Positions 17,701-26,587 are shown, counted from the first letter of the stretch. The stretch: DNA of 45,354 bases from Candidatus Micrarchaeota archaeon (GCA_023248035.1 JAHFFJ010000003.1:13526-58879); one strand, 5' to 3'. The notes: generated by a model from the sequence alone, not told the origin. A program made the numbers and translations.

Positions 17701-20700
17701 TTTAATGCACTTGGATTTTTGTTTAATGAACCATTTGGTGGAGGACCAGGGCCCCGAGTGAATAAAGTAGAAGTCGAATATAAGAATGCAATTGAATTAC
17801 GTGCAAGAGCATTGCAAAACTTTAGTGCAGAATTAAATCGAGGTAAAACTACAGCCGTGTTTTCACAACTTGAAGCTGACCCTACCGGAGTGTTAGGCTT
17901 CTACATAAAAGCGCATGAGGATTCATTAGGCGCAATTCTTGAAGGCTCCCCGGATGCAGGAGTTAAGAAAGCGCGGATAGCATCGATTATGGAGCAGTCA
18001 ATATTCTACATCAACACCACCCAGCTCTATCAGGGCAAAGCTGGAGATGGAAGCACGTATGGTGAATTGCAAACTGGAGTATTCATGCTTGCAAGCAAGG
18101 CGTTACGTGGAAATGCTGATGAAAGCCAAGTTGAAGCAAAGTACCACGAACTTAGTGAACTTGTAAAGAGTAATGACCAGATTAGTAGTGCAATAAAAGT
18201 TGGGGGGGCATTGTCACTTAATCTGGTTAATTTCTTAGTTCCCGGATTTGGAACTTATTTATCGACCGGGGCATTTGCAGGAATGGCAACTGATCAGGCT
18301 ATAACAGACTACAGAAGAGAGGGTACCTTATCACCTATGACAATGGTGCATCTTGGATTAGCAGTACTTCCATTGAAATTCGCAGTGCTTAAAGGTTTTG
18401 CAAAATCAAGGGCAGGAGCAGCACTATTAGCAGCAGAAAGTAGTAGTTTAACTAGAACAACCGAGCTTCTTGAAACTGGAGAAAGTTGGTCTAAAGCAGG
18501 CAGAGTAATCAATATTGTTGAGCGCCCCCTTATCGGATATTTCATGCTTGCTGGGGGAGGTGCTGCATATGAATCTTATAAGGAAAAGGATTGGGCGAAC
18601 TTCATACTAAATGCAGGAATGTTGGTTGCACCATTAGTACCTCACGTAGCAAAAGGCTATGAGAAAGCAAGCGAGTATATCGCACTTAGAAGAGCAGGAC
18701 TTGAAACAGTTGAAGAGGGTTATACTCACAAAAATCTTGCAGGCAAGATCTATACAGCAGCGCAGGTAGAAGTTGCATTGAGGCTTACAGAACGTATGAA
18801 AGAAAATGCAACGCTACGTGGTACTGATGATGTTAAACGAATGGAGATGGCACTTCGCCTGGTAGATTCCCAGCAACCAGTTCCTATTCCAAAAGAGGTA
18901 TCTGGAGTTCCAAACAGACCGGCAAATGATGTGGAACAACCTAAAGTTGTCATAAAACTAACCGAGGTCCCATTAACTTCAGCAGAAACACTTGCAGCCA
19001 GCCTTCAGGCTCCAGATGGGCTTTTCACATTCTTAAGAGAATATTTCAATCCTGCAACAACAGGAAGTGCGATGGCAAAAATTGCATCACTTCGTGAAAT
19101 TTATCCAGATACTTATTCAGGCATAAGAAAGGTGATAAATTCTATTGCAGAAAATGATGGGGCAAGAAATGCAATAATGAATGCAACGGGACCGCGCGAT
19201 CCCAATGTACAAATGCAGCAGGCACTTAGGAATGGCGCATCTCAAATCGGAAAACTACTCACTCCACCAGAAGCATTTGCGATGCCCGAAGTCCTGGCAG
19301 CAACAGGAACATATGGCCAGCAACTTCGTGTAGTACCTCGATTAAGGGTGGTTGGAGATGAGGTGCGTGCAACTGATCAAGCAGCACCACCAGGACCCAA
19401 TGCAGAAGTTGCTGCTCAGGATGGTAGATCTGCACCAACTGTAGTGGGAAGAGCGAGGCAGGCAGTAGCTCGAGTTATTCTTGGTAAAAAACCAGATTTA
19501 AAAACACCAGAACCACCAACAAAACTTGGTGAACTTCCAAAAACATTGATTGATGGTGCACAGAATATTCCAACTGAAAGTTCAGCTCAAATAGTAAAAG
19601 CAGCCTATGATGTTTACATAAAAGGAGCAATAGGTGATGTACCGCTAAGTCCTGAGGGAAAGGCAATTTATCTGGAAATAATAAAGAAATTATATTCTAA
19701 GGCAGTACGTAGCGAACTTGAAAAAGATGCAACCACAACAAAAATGAGAAAATGGTTAGATGATAAGATTGGCGCAACTGTAGATGCAAGAGAGGTTGAA
19801 AAAACAAGGCTACGGAGAGCAGGTGGAAAAATAATAAGCCCTGATGAACTGGAAAAAATAATTGATCTTGTAGGTGGAGCGCAACCAGTAGATAGTATAT
19901 CGACACTACTTAATGTCACCCTCAATCCTGCAGAGAGAGCAGCGCTTACTCTTAGAAGAGTAGATAGTTTACCCCCATCTGCATTGGATGGTCTTGTTAG
20001 TGAAGTACGTAGTTCAGAAGCTGCAGCAATACAAGCACTTGATATTGCTTTAAGTCCAGCGGCAAGAGCAATGCGAGTGCAGGTAATTCAAAAGGTAGGA
20101 GTGGTAGAAAGTTTGGATAGTGCTATGCTCGATGGGATGAAAGAAAGTAAAGAGATACTAGCTATAGTTAGGCAACAAGGAGAGGCAAAATACGCAAACG
20201 ATCCGAACCCACGATTACGCGACAAAGCGCCTGCTGATGGAGAAGCAGCCGTAAACGCATTCAAAGCAGCCACCACTCTGGATGATGCAGTTAAGTTATT
20301 ACCCAATTACATGGCAAGAGAATTGCAAAGTCTCCTTGGAGCAAGAAATGAATTTTCAGCTGCTTACAGTTTTGCAGAAGCAAATAGAATGGTTCTTGCC
20401 CGGGTGAGTGAAGGCGAAATAGGAAGGGCGGAGAGAGGAAGACCTATTGGGCCAGGTGCCATGAGAGCATTATCTTCTGGTGGCAAGAAGACATTAAATT
20501 TAGCAGGAACGGTTTTAGGTTATCTTTTTGATCCCGCAGGATTGGGTCATGGGGTATCTTTAGTGCGTGAGGCCCCGGTAGGTGGAAAGGTAAGAACAGG
20601 TTTAGGAAGGGCAGCTCGCGGAGTACCTTGGGGGATTGCCCAATTTGGAATCGGATATTATGGTTATGGTGCGTGGATGCGCTATGTTAAAGACGCACCC

Positions 20701-22896
20701 GAACGCGAGAAAATAATTCTAGAAATGGCACAGCAATATTACGGAAAAGTTTCTTTCGATAATGCTGGTTTCTTAATGACCAAAGATGGTAAAAGAGTGC
20801 GAGCGGACATAAGCCTTGGTCAACCTAAATCCGATGATTTACGAGTTACCAGCCGTCAGGGATTGAAAACCGCACTTGCAGATGAAACCCCAACTGTGAT
20901 CAATCCATCCAAACTGGACGAGATGATAAGTCAGTCAAAAGTTATGGCAGAAAAAGTTAGTGAACTAAATGATTATCTGGCAGCTGCATTAGGCCCAGCT
21001 CCTGGGAAAGTAGCCTCAGTAGTTAAAAAAACTCCAGATGAGGCAAAACAAGCTTTGACTGATAGTCTTGCTAAAATGGGCATAACCATAGCTTTCGAAA
21101 AATTAAGAGCAGAAATGGGAACAAAGAAAGAATTGGACATTGATTTACTTATAAAATTGAGAAAAGGCAAATACGGAGACTGGCAAAATGGAACGATGTT
21201 CACTCGTGCGCAGGCAGTTGCCTACCAGTTCTGCATTGATTCAGGAATGCTTGCCAATGAGGCAATGGAAAAATATCCATTCCTGCTTCAAAACAAGGAT
21301 CTCTTTGAATTCCTATGGCAGAGTACAACCACTAGGGTGATGCCAGCATCCTATGTTAGTAACGTTATTGCAGCACTTGAAGCTACCGCCCAGCTTGGAA
21401 ACGCTCGAGCTGATCCCGCCAAATTTGATAGTAACATGACTGCATGGGCAAAAACAAAAAACTTCATATTGGAAGCTCCAATCAGACCGCTTTCTTTCCT
21501 GAGCATTTTTGATAGGCAAGCTACAGAAGATATAGCAGGAGCTACAAAGACCGGATTTTTTGGTTTGGTTACTGCTAATCGAGCGAATGCTGCAGCAATG
21601 CAAAAATTGAATGACTTTGTAATAGATAGCAGTGAAAGAATATATGGTAACCCCTCAGATCTTGCAAAAATAATATTTGACACTGATCTTTCAAAGATAA
21701 ATCCCCTTCTCAATATAGCCAGAATAAGCCAACTAGTTAGGGATGGAAACACAACTGAACTAGAGTTGATACTTACAGGAACCGGAATCACACTAGAGCA
21801 GCTCGAAGCAACAAAAACAAGAGAAGGAAGAGATATTAGACTCTCAGACTTGAAAGATCCGATAACAAAAATACTGCAACCACTTGGAATATCATTTGAG
21901 GATATGCAGGCATATATCATAAGGCACAATAGAACGGATATCAACTTAGTAGATATTGCAAAACTACGTGGATTTGTTGGACCTGCAATGCTGGCAGAAA
22001 TCGATCCAAGAATGCGAGATTCACCTGAACTCGTCGCATTTGTAGGTAACAATTCGGATGGAACCGATCGCGGAGTTTTGAGATTTGTAAAAGATGGTCA
22101 AAAGCAGATGATAAAGCAGGATAAAACTTCCTCGCTTTATGAGATTCTTCAGGATCTCGCAACCAATACAACAGATAAAAAACCAGAAGAAATCTATGCT
22201 ATGAAAAGTGCAGTAAAAGATGAAAAAGTAGTTGGCGGTGGGAAGTTAGTACCTACCGGATATGCTGCAGATAAAGAGGATGTTTATCAGACAGAAGGAC
22301 TTTGGAGAGGCCCTACAGCTAGTAAGATTCGAGGTACCGCTCCTGGAAAAGAACTTACCGATGCAGAACTCGAAACCAGATCACAAAGCATATTCCAAAG
22401 GAGATATCTTCCTGATTATGCAGGTCAGCAATTTAAAGCAGATAAACCAAAAGAAGCCGAATTAAGCCCGCTCGAAATAGAGGCGAATAAATTTTATAGT
22501 AGTGAAAGAGGAAGTGAATTAGCTGGTCTGATAGAGGGCATAATAGCCCGAATGTATATAGATCAGAAAGGGGATGGACAACTTATTCGCGATGCATTTA
22601 CTCCCCAGAGAAGAGCCGAATTAGATACGGCAGCAGATATTGAAGCAGATAAAAAAATTACAAATACAGAGCAAAAACTAGAAACGCAGGCAAAAAGACG
22701 GGCGATGCGTGCAGTAATGAGTGCACTTTATGACACCATAAAAAGTACTGAGGCTGCAGATAAAAATAAGGTAGCTAGTTGGGGAATGGTCATAAGTGGT
22801 TCTGATGAAGAGATAAAAGTAACAATAAGCGATACCCGAAGAAGTGAAACCCCCATAAAGCAGTTTATAATCGGAGTTTTAAAGGTGGATAAATGA
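14710..22896 (+). CDS. orphan giant protein C (2728 aa), mostly helical, with a central cluster of 4-5 hydrophobic helices
   Basis: Uninterrupted 8.2-kb ORF preceded by a strong SD, with no N-terminal signal peptide. Hydrophobic cluster at about aa 1160-1312 (GGALSLNLVNFLVPGFGTYLSTGAFAGMA; MTMVHLGLAVLPLKFAVL; PLIGYFMLAGGGAA; FILNAGMLVAPLVP). A second Gly/aromatic hydrophobic patch lies at about aa 1927-1992. Confidence 0.9.
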   Translation: MAGELIRKDQTAEKPIVIPRRTPVLDDTENKNLEAAMNKAGIAISDIVNHAHVVEKRIPVGLEIKKEIVELKTTILALKKEIVPNVPVLGEQYAIDLEYIEKIVNRAEKSFTEKRWVECVDLLRQARKMIGAMPEVFGVQREVILMGYPIEMGPEKLDRFLNAIAGSLHDFGTGNERRAKFILDLTRHYIKYGGIYTIKNDLVVAERDRLVDTTIARGLASRKNVRYTDYDAAVDRDALAAFRKTAEIIADQIRQENTRIFRLWRADISAILTERVDETTRKRYESFGKELDAMLVRLRTAQTAGKITSDELNEIATRYFTLSGRETADERGERIVQSAMMIGTPKALDGTAGWFAQRAIDAVAERRYGVAELALAMTLYINASGQKNASKDKYYKQVTDVIRNNTEPNSKLIAELEALTFFHRVERVKKRQPKSPQLARMMEVQKTALEYIAKGKPEDGRTLIAMGQRYLDIFTANGKTSPAITIIEGALDQAINGKETFLQFNNGVSLYNFTLDTGKLRTLASEWGAGLSHGREFVEKICGRVEQLAANGDTWEARKVMTYLLMYSDAVIRLGEIKGGKVVGHRPQFSGKGMESALDAAAAGQKTVGGKKVENAFMDGWNANQIEYVIIEARRISDLAQKRKVGSETIIEAMKVATQRGEQAKKDESLLPDALRLVSYAGEFYGLLEKNKNEGWRYQLITSSVEGYRKGGKDILDAIRMEAQAETDQDLDAAANLFEVGMARVDSTKQTVVMLLHDFTQVKLTLNTLVSQQRDQTNLKRLVAFEQDYSADLILKNDIANRSKGTINQHLSAMESAAKAGDFEGYKRARAALERRVELVSTQSEKYQLMAAVAGLENAKKDLIGLYQKHFGIDQLKTVIDLSLMSDDQLAALANTTGSTPGENLRNRFAGLELRRHQLIAKIRESGRTELKLPEALKKEFMALVTDYDSERRVAIAYHEISMQLKLNDSYRESVFHSDHAMRATVLQELDESKKHLFNALGFLFNEPFGGGPGPRVNKVEVEYKNAIELRARALQNFSAELNRGKTTAVFSQLEADPTGVLGFYIKAHEDSLGAILEGSPDAGVKKARIASIMEQSIFYINTTQLYQGKAGDGSTYGELQTGVFMLASKALRGNADESQVEAKYHELSELVKSNDQISSAIKVGGALSLNLVNFLVPGFGTYLSTGAFAGMATDQAITDYRREGTLSPMTMVHLGLAVLPLKFAVLKGFAKSRAGAALLAAESSSLTRTTELLETGESWSKAGRVINIVERPLIGYFMLAGGGAAYESYKEKDWANFILNAGMLVAPLVPHVAKGYEKASEYIALRRAGLETVEEGYTHKNLAGKIYTAAQVEVALRLTERMKENATLRGTDDVKRMEMALRLVDSQQPVPIPKEVSGVPNRPANDVEQPKVVIKLTEVPLTSAETLAASLQAPDGLFTFLREYFNPATTGSAMAKIASLREIYPDTYSGIRKVINSIAENDGARNAIMNATGPRDPNVQMQQALRNGASQIGKLLTPPEAFAMPEVLAATGTYGQQLRVVPRLRVVGDEVRATDQAAPPGPNAEVAAQDGRSAPTVVGRARQAVARVILGKKPDLKTPEPPTKLGELPKTLIDGAQNIPTESSAQIVKAAYDVYIKGAIGDVPLSPEGKAIYLEIIKKLYSKAVRSELEKDATTTKMRKWLDDKIGATVDAREVEKTRLRRAGGKIISPDELEKIIDLVGGAQPVDSISTLLNVTLNPAERAALTLRRVDSLPPSALDGLVSEVRSSEAAAIQALDIALSPAARAMRVQVIQKVGVVESLDSAMLDGMKESKEILAIVRQQGEAKYANDPNPRLRDKAPADGEAAVNAFKAATTLDDAVKLLPNYMARELQSLLGARNEFSAAYSFAEANRMVLARVSEGEIGRAERGRPIGPGAMRALSSGGKKTLNLAGTVLGYLFDPAGLGHGVSLVREAPVGGKVRTGLGRAARGVPWGIAQFGIGYYGYGAWMRYVKDAPEREKIILEMAQQYYGKVSFDNAGFLMTKDGKRVRADISLGQPKSDDLRVTSRQGLKTALADETPTVINPSKLDEMISQSKVMAEKVSELNDYLAAALGPAPGKVASVVKKTPDEAKQALTDSLAKMGITIAFEKLRAEMGTKKELDIDLLIKLRKGKYGDWQNGTMFTRAQAVAYQFCIDSGMLANEAMEKYPFLLQNKDLFEFLWQSTTTRVMPASYVSNVIAALEATAQLGNARADPAKFDSNMTAWAKTKNFILEAPIRPLSFLSIFDRQATEDIAGATKTGFFGLVTANRANAAAMQKLNDFVIDSSERIYGNPSDLAKIIFDTDLSKINPLLNIARISQLVRDGNTTELELILTGTGITLEQLEATKTREGRDIRLSDLKDPITKILQPLGISFEDMQAYIIRHNRTDINLVDIAKLRGFVGPAMLAEIDPRMRDSPELVAFVGNNSDGTDRGVLRFVKDGQKQMIKQDKTSSLYEILQDLATNTTDKKPEEIYAMKSAVKDEKVVGGGKLVPTGYAADKEDVYQTEGLWRGPTASKIRGTAPGKELTDAELETRSQSIFQRRYLPDYAGQQFKADKPKEAELSPLEIEANKFYSSERGSELAGLIEGIIARMYIDQKGDGQLIRDAFTPQRRAELDTAADIEADKKITNTEQKLETQAKRRAMRAVMSALYDTIKSTEAADKNKVASWGMVISGSDEEIKVTISDTRRSETPIKQFIIGVLKVDK

Positions 22897-25361
22897 CAGC
22901 AAGCGTATCATTATCCGGAAACCAAATAGTAATATTTTGCGACAAGGGAGGCTTATCAAAAAGCAGGTCTACTGGAATAATGATTGATACCAACAACCCA
23001 CAAAACATAGCTGCACAGATAGAGAGTGCAAAAAAAGCAGCAGCTGCATTTTTTAAAACTTTTAATGGTGGCGATGCTGATGTGATGGCAATAAATGCAA
23101 ATGCAGCTGCCAATGCCATAAAGAAGAGTCTTGGAATTGCTGATACTAAAGCAGAGCCAGTAGCACCTCCAGTTGCAAAAGCTCCTGCTCCAAAACAAGT
23201 GGCACCGAAACCTCAACCATCCACTCGAACTGAACAAAAAGTGCCTCCAAAAAAAGAGGCAGCAAAACCTGGAAACCCCGCTCCTGAACCGAAAGCTGCC
23301 GAACCAAAACCCAATATGGGAGGATGGAGGCCACTTAGAAGCAATGAGGTTTTACCTGAAGTTCGTGCAGTAGCAACTCCATTGCAAGGTAAACTCAAAC
23401 AAGGAGAATATCAACAGCAAACAGTAGGTACATTTAGCTATCGTTTCCGTGCTGAGCAACACGATCCAAGAGTACCAAATGGCATAAGCATTTACATAAT
23501 TCAAACACAATACGATCAGCTAAAAAAATACCTCGAAAAACTGGGAGCAGGAACGAATCCGGTAGATTCCACCCCACGCCCAACAATATCTGTGGAATGG
23601 ATACAACAGCAACTTCGCGATTCAAAAGATGATAGAAAAGGTTTAGCAGCAGCAACTTTAGCCCATCAAAATCGAGAGTATGTTGATGGTTACATTTCCG
23701 GTAATAGGAAAGAAACCACAGTAGCTTTATTTGACGCCCTTTCAGATATACCGAGCTTTAAACTTTATTTGGATTCAGTTGCCTCAAGAAAAGTACTTCC
23801 GGAATTTATAGATCTGCAAAAATCGCTCACTGAAAATCGAGGAAAAATTGAAGATAAGCAAGTAAAAGCTGCAGATTTGTACATAAGATATTTCTTATTC
23901 GGATTTGGTGCAATAAATAACCCCCAATACAATAAGGAAGTAAACCAGATTACTGCGATAATAAATGGATTAAAAGAATCCGATCCATCTGGCCAAGTAC
24001 TTATGCGAATTTATGGTTCTGGATCGGTAGATGGTGATACATTAACATCAGCATTACTTTACATAAGAAGATGGAATGCAACTCATCCAAAAAGTGGCAT
24101 CGTAAAACCAGATGAACAGGTAGCTTCTTGGAACGCACCAAAACAGGCGATGCCAGAACAAAAAATAACTGCAGGGGATGCATTTAGCCATCCAAGAATG
24201 ATTATAGTTGGAGATTCTATTTTTGCTGGGGATATAATGACCCCAAAATTACGGGCTCATCTTTTAACTGTTGATCAAAAAGCCACATTATTGAACAAAG
24301 CAGCTTCCAGTGCTCATCTTGAGGATATAAAAAGGCAGCTAGATGCAGCATTAGCTGATAAAAGTTCGAATATTATACTTATTGACGGGGGAGTTAACGA
24401 CATTGGTGCCAAACCAGAAGACATAATAAAAAAAATTGCAGCCATGCGCGATAGCGCATTAGCTGCGGGAAAAGTGGTGATGGTAGCAAAGCTTACGCCT
24501 TGGGGTAACTCCAGGTTTTGGAAAGAAAACTTACAAGAAACCTGGGAGAAGGTAAATGCAGAGATTACAAAATGGAATGATCCGCAAAAAGGAGTTTATG
24601 TAGTTGATTTTGACTGGCTTGGAGAGGGCAACCCCCCGCACATGAAACACGAGTATGCTAGCATAAGCAGCAAGGGAGAAACAGACTGGCTTCATCCAAA
24701 TACCAAAGGAAGGCAGGAGATGGCAGATTTCATATTTAGGATGATGAGTGCACGAACTACCAGCGGGTTTGCGGAAGGAAACGTGAATGTTCTGCCAGAT
24801 CTCTACCAAAAAGTTGCATTGGCAACACCAGAAGGCCTAGTAAAAATAGTTAGGGATAAATCCCAGAAAGTAGAGGATTTCGAAAAACAAAATAAAGATA
24901 GTATAAGAAAAACTTTTGATAGTGCATTTAATGAACTGCTTCATGAAAAAACCAAACCAGTTGGCCGAAATTTTATGACTTTCATACTATCGCAAACAAA
25001 ATACCGTGCCCTTGCAATGGCTGCAACAAGACTAAGTGATGAATCAAAAGAAGAGGATAGAAAGTTGGTTGCACAAGCAGTAGGAGAATTCTTAGCGAAA
25101 GAGGCGACAAATCCTAAATTCAAAATCGACCTTGCAGTTCTCAATGATAATAAGGCTTTTGGAGCGGGAACTATAAATGAACCTGACATGCGAACACTCA
25201 CTGCAATTGCGGTTTATGGCTGGAGAGTGAAGAATCCCCAGGCAGCTGGAGGAGAATGGGGAAGAGCACTTGGCATAGAGCCTCCCAAGGAGATAAAGGT
25301 AGAGCCACCAGTTGTTGAAAAAAATGCTCCACCACCAGAAAGAAGAACATTATCTTTCTGA
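22893..25361 (+). CDS. multidomain protein D (822 aa): N-terminal domain, Pro/Ala/Lys-rich linker, unknown domain, SGNH/GDSL hydrolase domain, C-terminal helical region
   Basis: ATGA overlap with gene C. SGNH blocks: I MIIVGDSIFAGD (aa 436-447), III LIDGGVNDIG (aa 496-505), V DWLHPNTKG (aa 598-606). The linker is aa 85-140 (EPVAPPVAKAPAPKQVAPKPQP...PEPKAAEPKP). Confidence 0.85.
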   Translation: MTASVSLSGNQIVIFCDKGGLSKSRSTGIMIDTNNPQNIAAQIESAKKAAAAFFKTFNGGDADVMAINANAAANAIKKSLGIADTKAEPVAPPVAKAPAPKQVAPKPQPSTRTEQKVPPKKEAAKPGNPAPEPKAAEPKPNMGGWRPLRSNEVLPEVRAVATPLQGKLKQGEYQQQTVGTFSYRFRAEQHDPRVPNGISIYIIQTQYDQLKKYLEKLGAGTNPVDSTPRPTISVEWIQQQLRDSKDDRKGLAAATLAHQNREYVDGYISGNRKETTVALFDALSDIPSFKLYLDSVASRKVLPEFIDLQKSLTENRGKIEDKQVKAADLYIRYFLFGFGAINNPQYNKEVNQITAIINGLKESDPSGQVLMRIYGSGSVDGDTLTSALLYIRRWNATHPKSGIVKPDEQVASWNAPKQAMPEQKITAGDAFSHPRMIIVGDSIFAGDIMTPKLRAHLLTVDQKATLLNKAASSAHLEDIKRQLDAALADKSSNIILIDGGVNDIGAKPEDIIKKIAAMRDSALAAGKVVMVAKLTPWGNSRFWKENLQETWEKVNAEITKWNDPQKGVYVVDFDWLGEGNPPHMKHEYASISSKGETDWLHPNTKGRQEMADFIFRMMSARTTSGFAEGNVNVLPDLYQKVALATPEGLVKIVRDKSQKVEDFEKQNKDSIRKTFDSAFNELLHEKTKPVGRNFMTFILSQTKYRALAMAATRLSDESKEEDRKLVAQAVGEFLAKEATNPKFKIDLAVLNDNKAFGAGTINEPDMRTLTAIAVYGWRVKNPQAAGGEWGRALGIEPPKEIKVEPPVVEKNAPPPERRTLSF

Positions 25362-25459
25362 TTGTCAACTTTCTCGCCCCGCCTTTTTGGAATGCACTTG
25401 GACTGGCATTTTGAGGAGCCGTTAGATTTTTATCATAGTGTGGTTAATAGACAATAGAT

Positions 25460-26587
25460 ATGACACTAATTCAGTCTGGAGTGAAATTAGAATATTCCAA
25501 AGGAGATGCAGGAATTATTCGCAACAGACGTCCTTTTCTTAATCCAAGAATGATGGCACTTGGGGATGGACGGGATGGCATCAATCCTGCGACATTTATA
25601 GAAAGAGTACGCAATAAATTTTTCCCCCTAACTGCAGATCTGGAAAGGGTGGATATGGAATTTTTATCTGCAATGAATCGCGGGGCAAAAACTCTCAATT
25701 TTTTAATGGGTGAATATTTACCTGATAGATTATCCGATTTAAAAGTAGGCCATTTTAGCGAAGAAACCAAGTTAGAAGACTTGATTAGAGAAGCACGAAG
25801 AAGATATCGATCACTAGCAGGAACAGGAAGTGCGGAAAATAAACGCTCAATATACGAATTAATACGAGCAATTGAACTGGGCCACCAAATACTTAAGGTG
25901 GATACCGAAAAAGAAGTCCAGCTTTCCTTGAGGCATTACCAATCACTTGTAGAATGGTTCAATAAGTTCTTGGGAATTACTAGTGGAGTACCCTGCGATA
26001 GACTTCCATTTAGGAATATTTTCAATACCACAATAGATGTTGATCTTTATGGCGAAGATGATCAGGCATTTCACTCACGATTAAAATGCCTTACTTCGGA
26101 TGGAAGGATAAAATATGGTTCAATTATTATGAAAACTTATCTCGATTTACTAGATGAGGGATCTAAACCAAGGTATAGTGCAACAAAAGATTATACTGGT
26201 GTAGAATTTTTAGTTTCAAACGAAAAAGAGGCAAATGATCTTGCGGAGGCCTTTAGGTACACCAACCCCATGAGATTGTTGGAAGGATTTAAGCAACGTA
26301 AAAGAGCATCGGAGATAAAAGACAATCCAGAAGCCAGTCCTGCATTTGGACTGACAAAATTCATCTTAAGAATTCCGGTAAAAGTCGAACCAATAAAAGG
26401 CCATCCACTAGGTGATTTGTTGTGCCAATTGCTTCCAGTAGAGGTGCAGATATTAACATTAGAGGATCAACATATTAGAGCAAGCAATCCTGATGCAAAA
26501 CATGAAAGCTACAAAAAACGTCAGTTCGAAAGAGTAGTTCCAGGACTTTTCCCAAGAGAGATCTATAGGAAGGAGCTTTATAGTTAG
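25460..26587 (+). CDS. protein E (375 aa) with RelA/SpoT-synthetase-like (RSH/SAS, nucleotidyltransferase-fold) motifs in its C-terminal half
   Basis: GRIKYGSIIMK (aa 215-225; compare G-R-x-K-x(2-3)-S-I-x-x-K), KDYTGVEFLV (aa 243-252; compare D-x-x-G-x-R-h-h) and LPVEVQILTLEDQH...AKHESYKK (aa 325-353; compare EVQIRT..QH.WAE..H..YK) occur in the canonical order and spacing. Confidence 0.45.
   Translation: MTLIQSGVKLEYSKGDAGIIRNRRPFLNPRMMALGDGRDGINPATFIERVRNKFFPLTADLERVDMEFLSAMNRGAKTLNFLMGEYLPDRLSDLKVGHFSEETKLEDLIREARRRYRSLAGTGSAENKRSIYELIRAIELGHQILKVDTEKEVQLSLRHYQSLVEWFNKFLGITSGVPCDRLPFRNIFNTTIDVDLYGEDDQAFHSRLKCLTSDGRIKYGSIIMKTYLDLLDEGSKPRYSATKDYTGVEFLVSNEKEANDLAEAFRYTNPMRLLEGFKQRKRASEIKDNPEASPAFGLTKFILRIPVKVEPIKGHPLGDLLCQLLPVEVQILTLEDQHIRASNPDAKHESYKKRQFERVVPGLFPREIYRKELYS

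Noticed and set aside
21351-22052. 233-aa ORF antisense to giant gene C, together with many other 60-130-aa antisense ORFs inside genes A, C, D and F
   Set aside because: These are shadow ORFs inside long, uninterrupted sense ORFs. Their composition is Ser/Leu/Phe/Cys-biased with no motifs, and none has a plausible start context.
14710-22896. Nucleotide-binding (Walker A), HExxH or lipase GxSxG motifs in giant proteins A, C and F
   Set aside because: I scanned by eye. The near matches (such as SSGGKKT and AHEDS) do not satisfy the consensus, so I claim no enzymatic domain for A, C or F.
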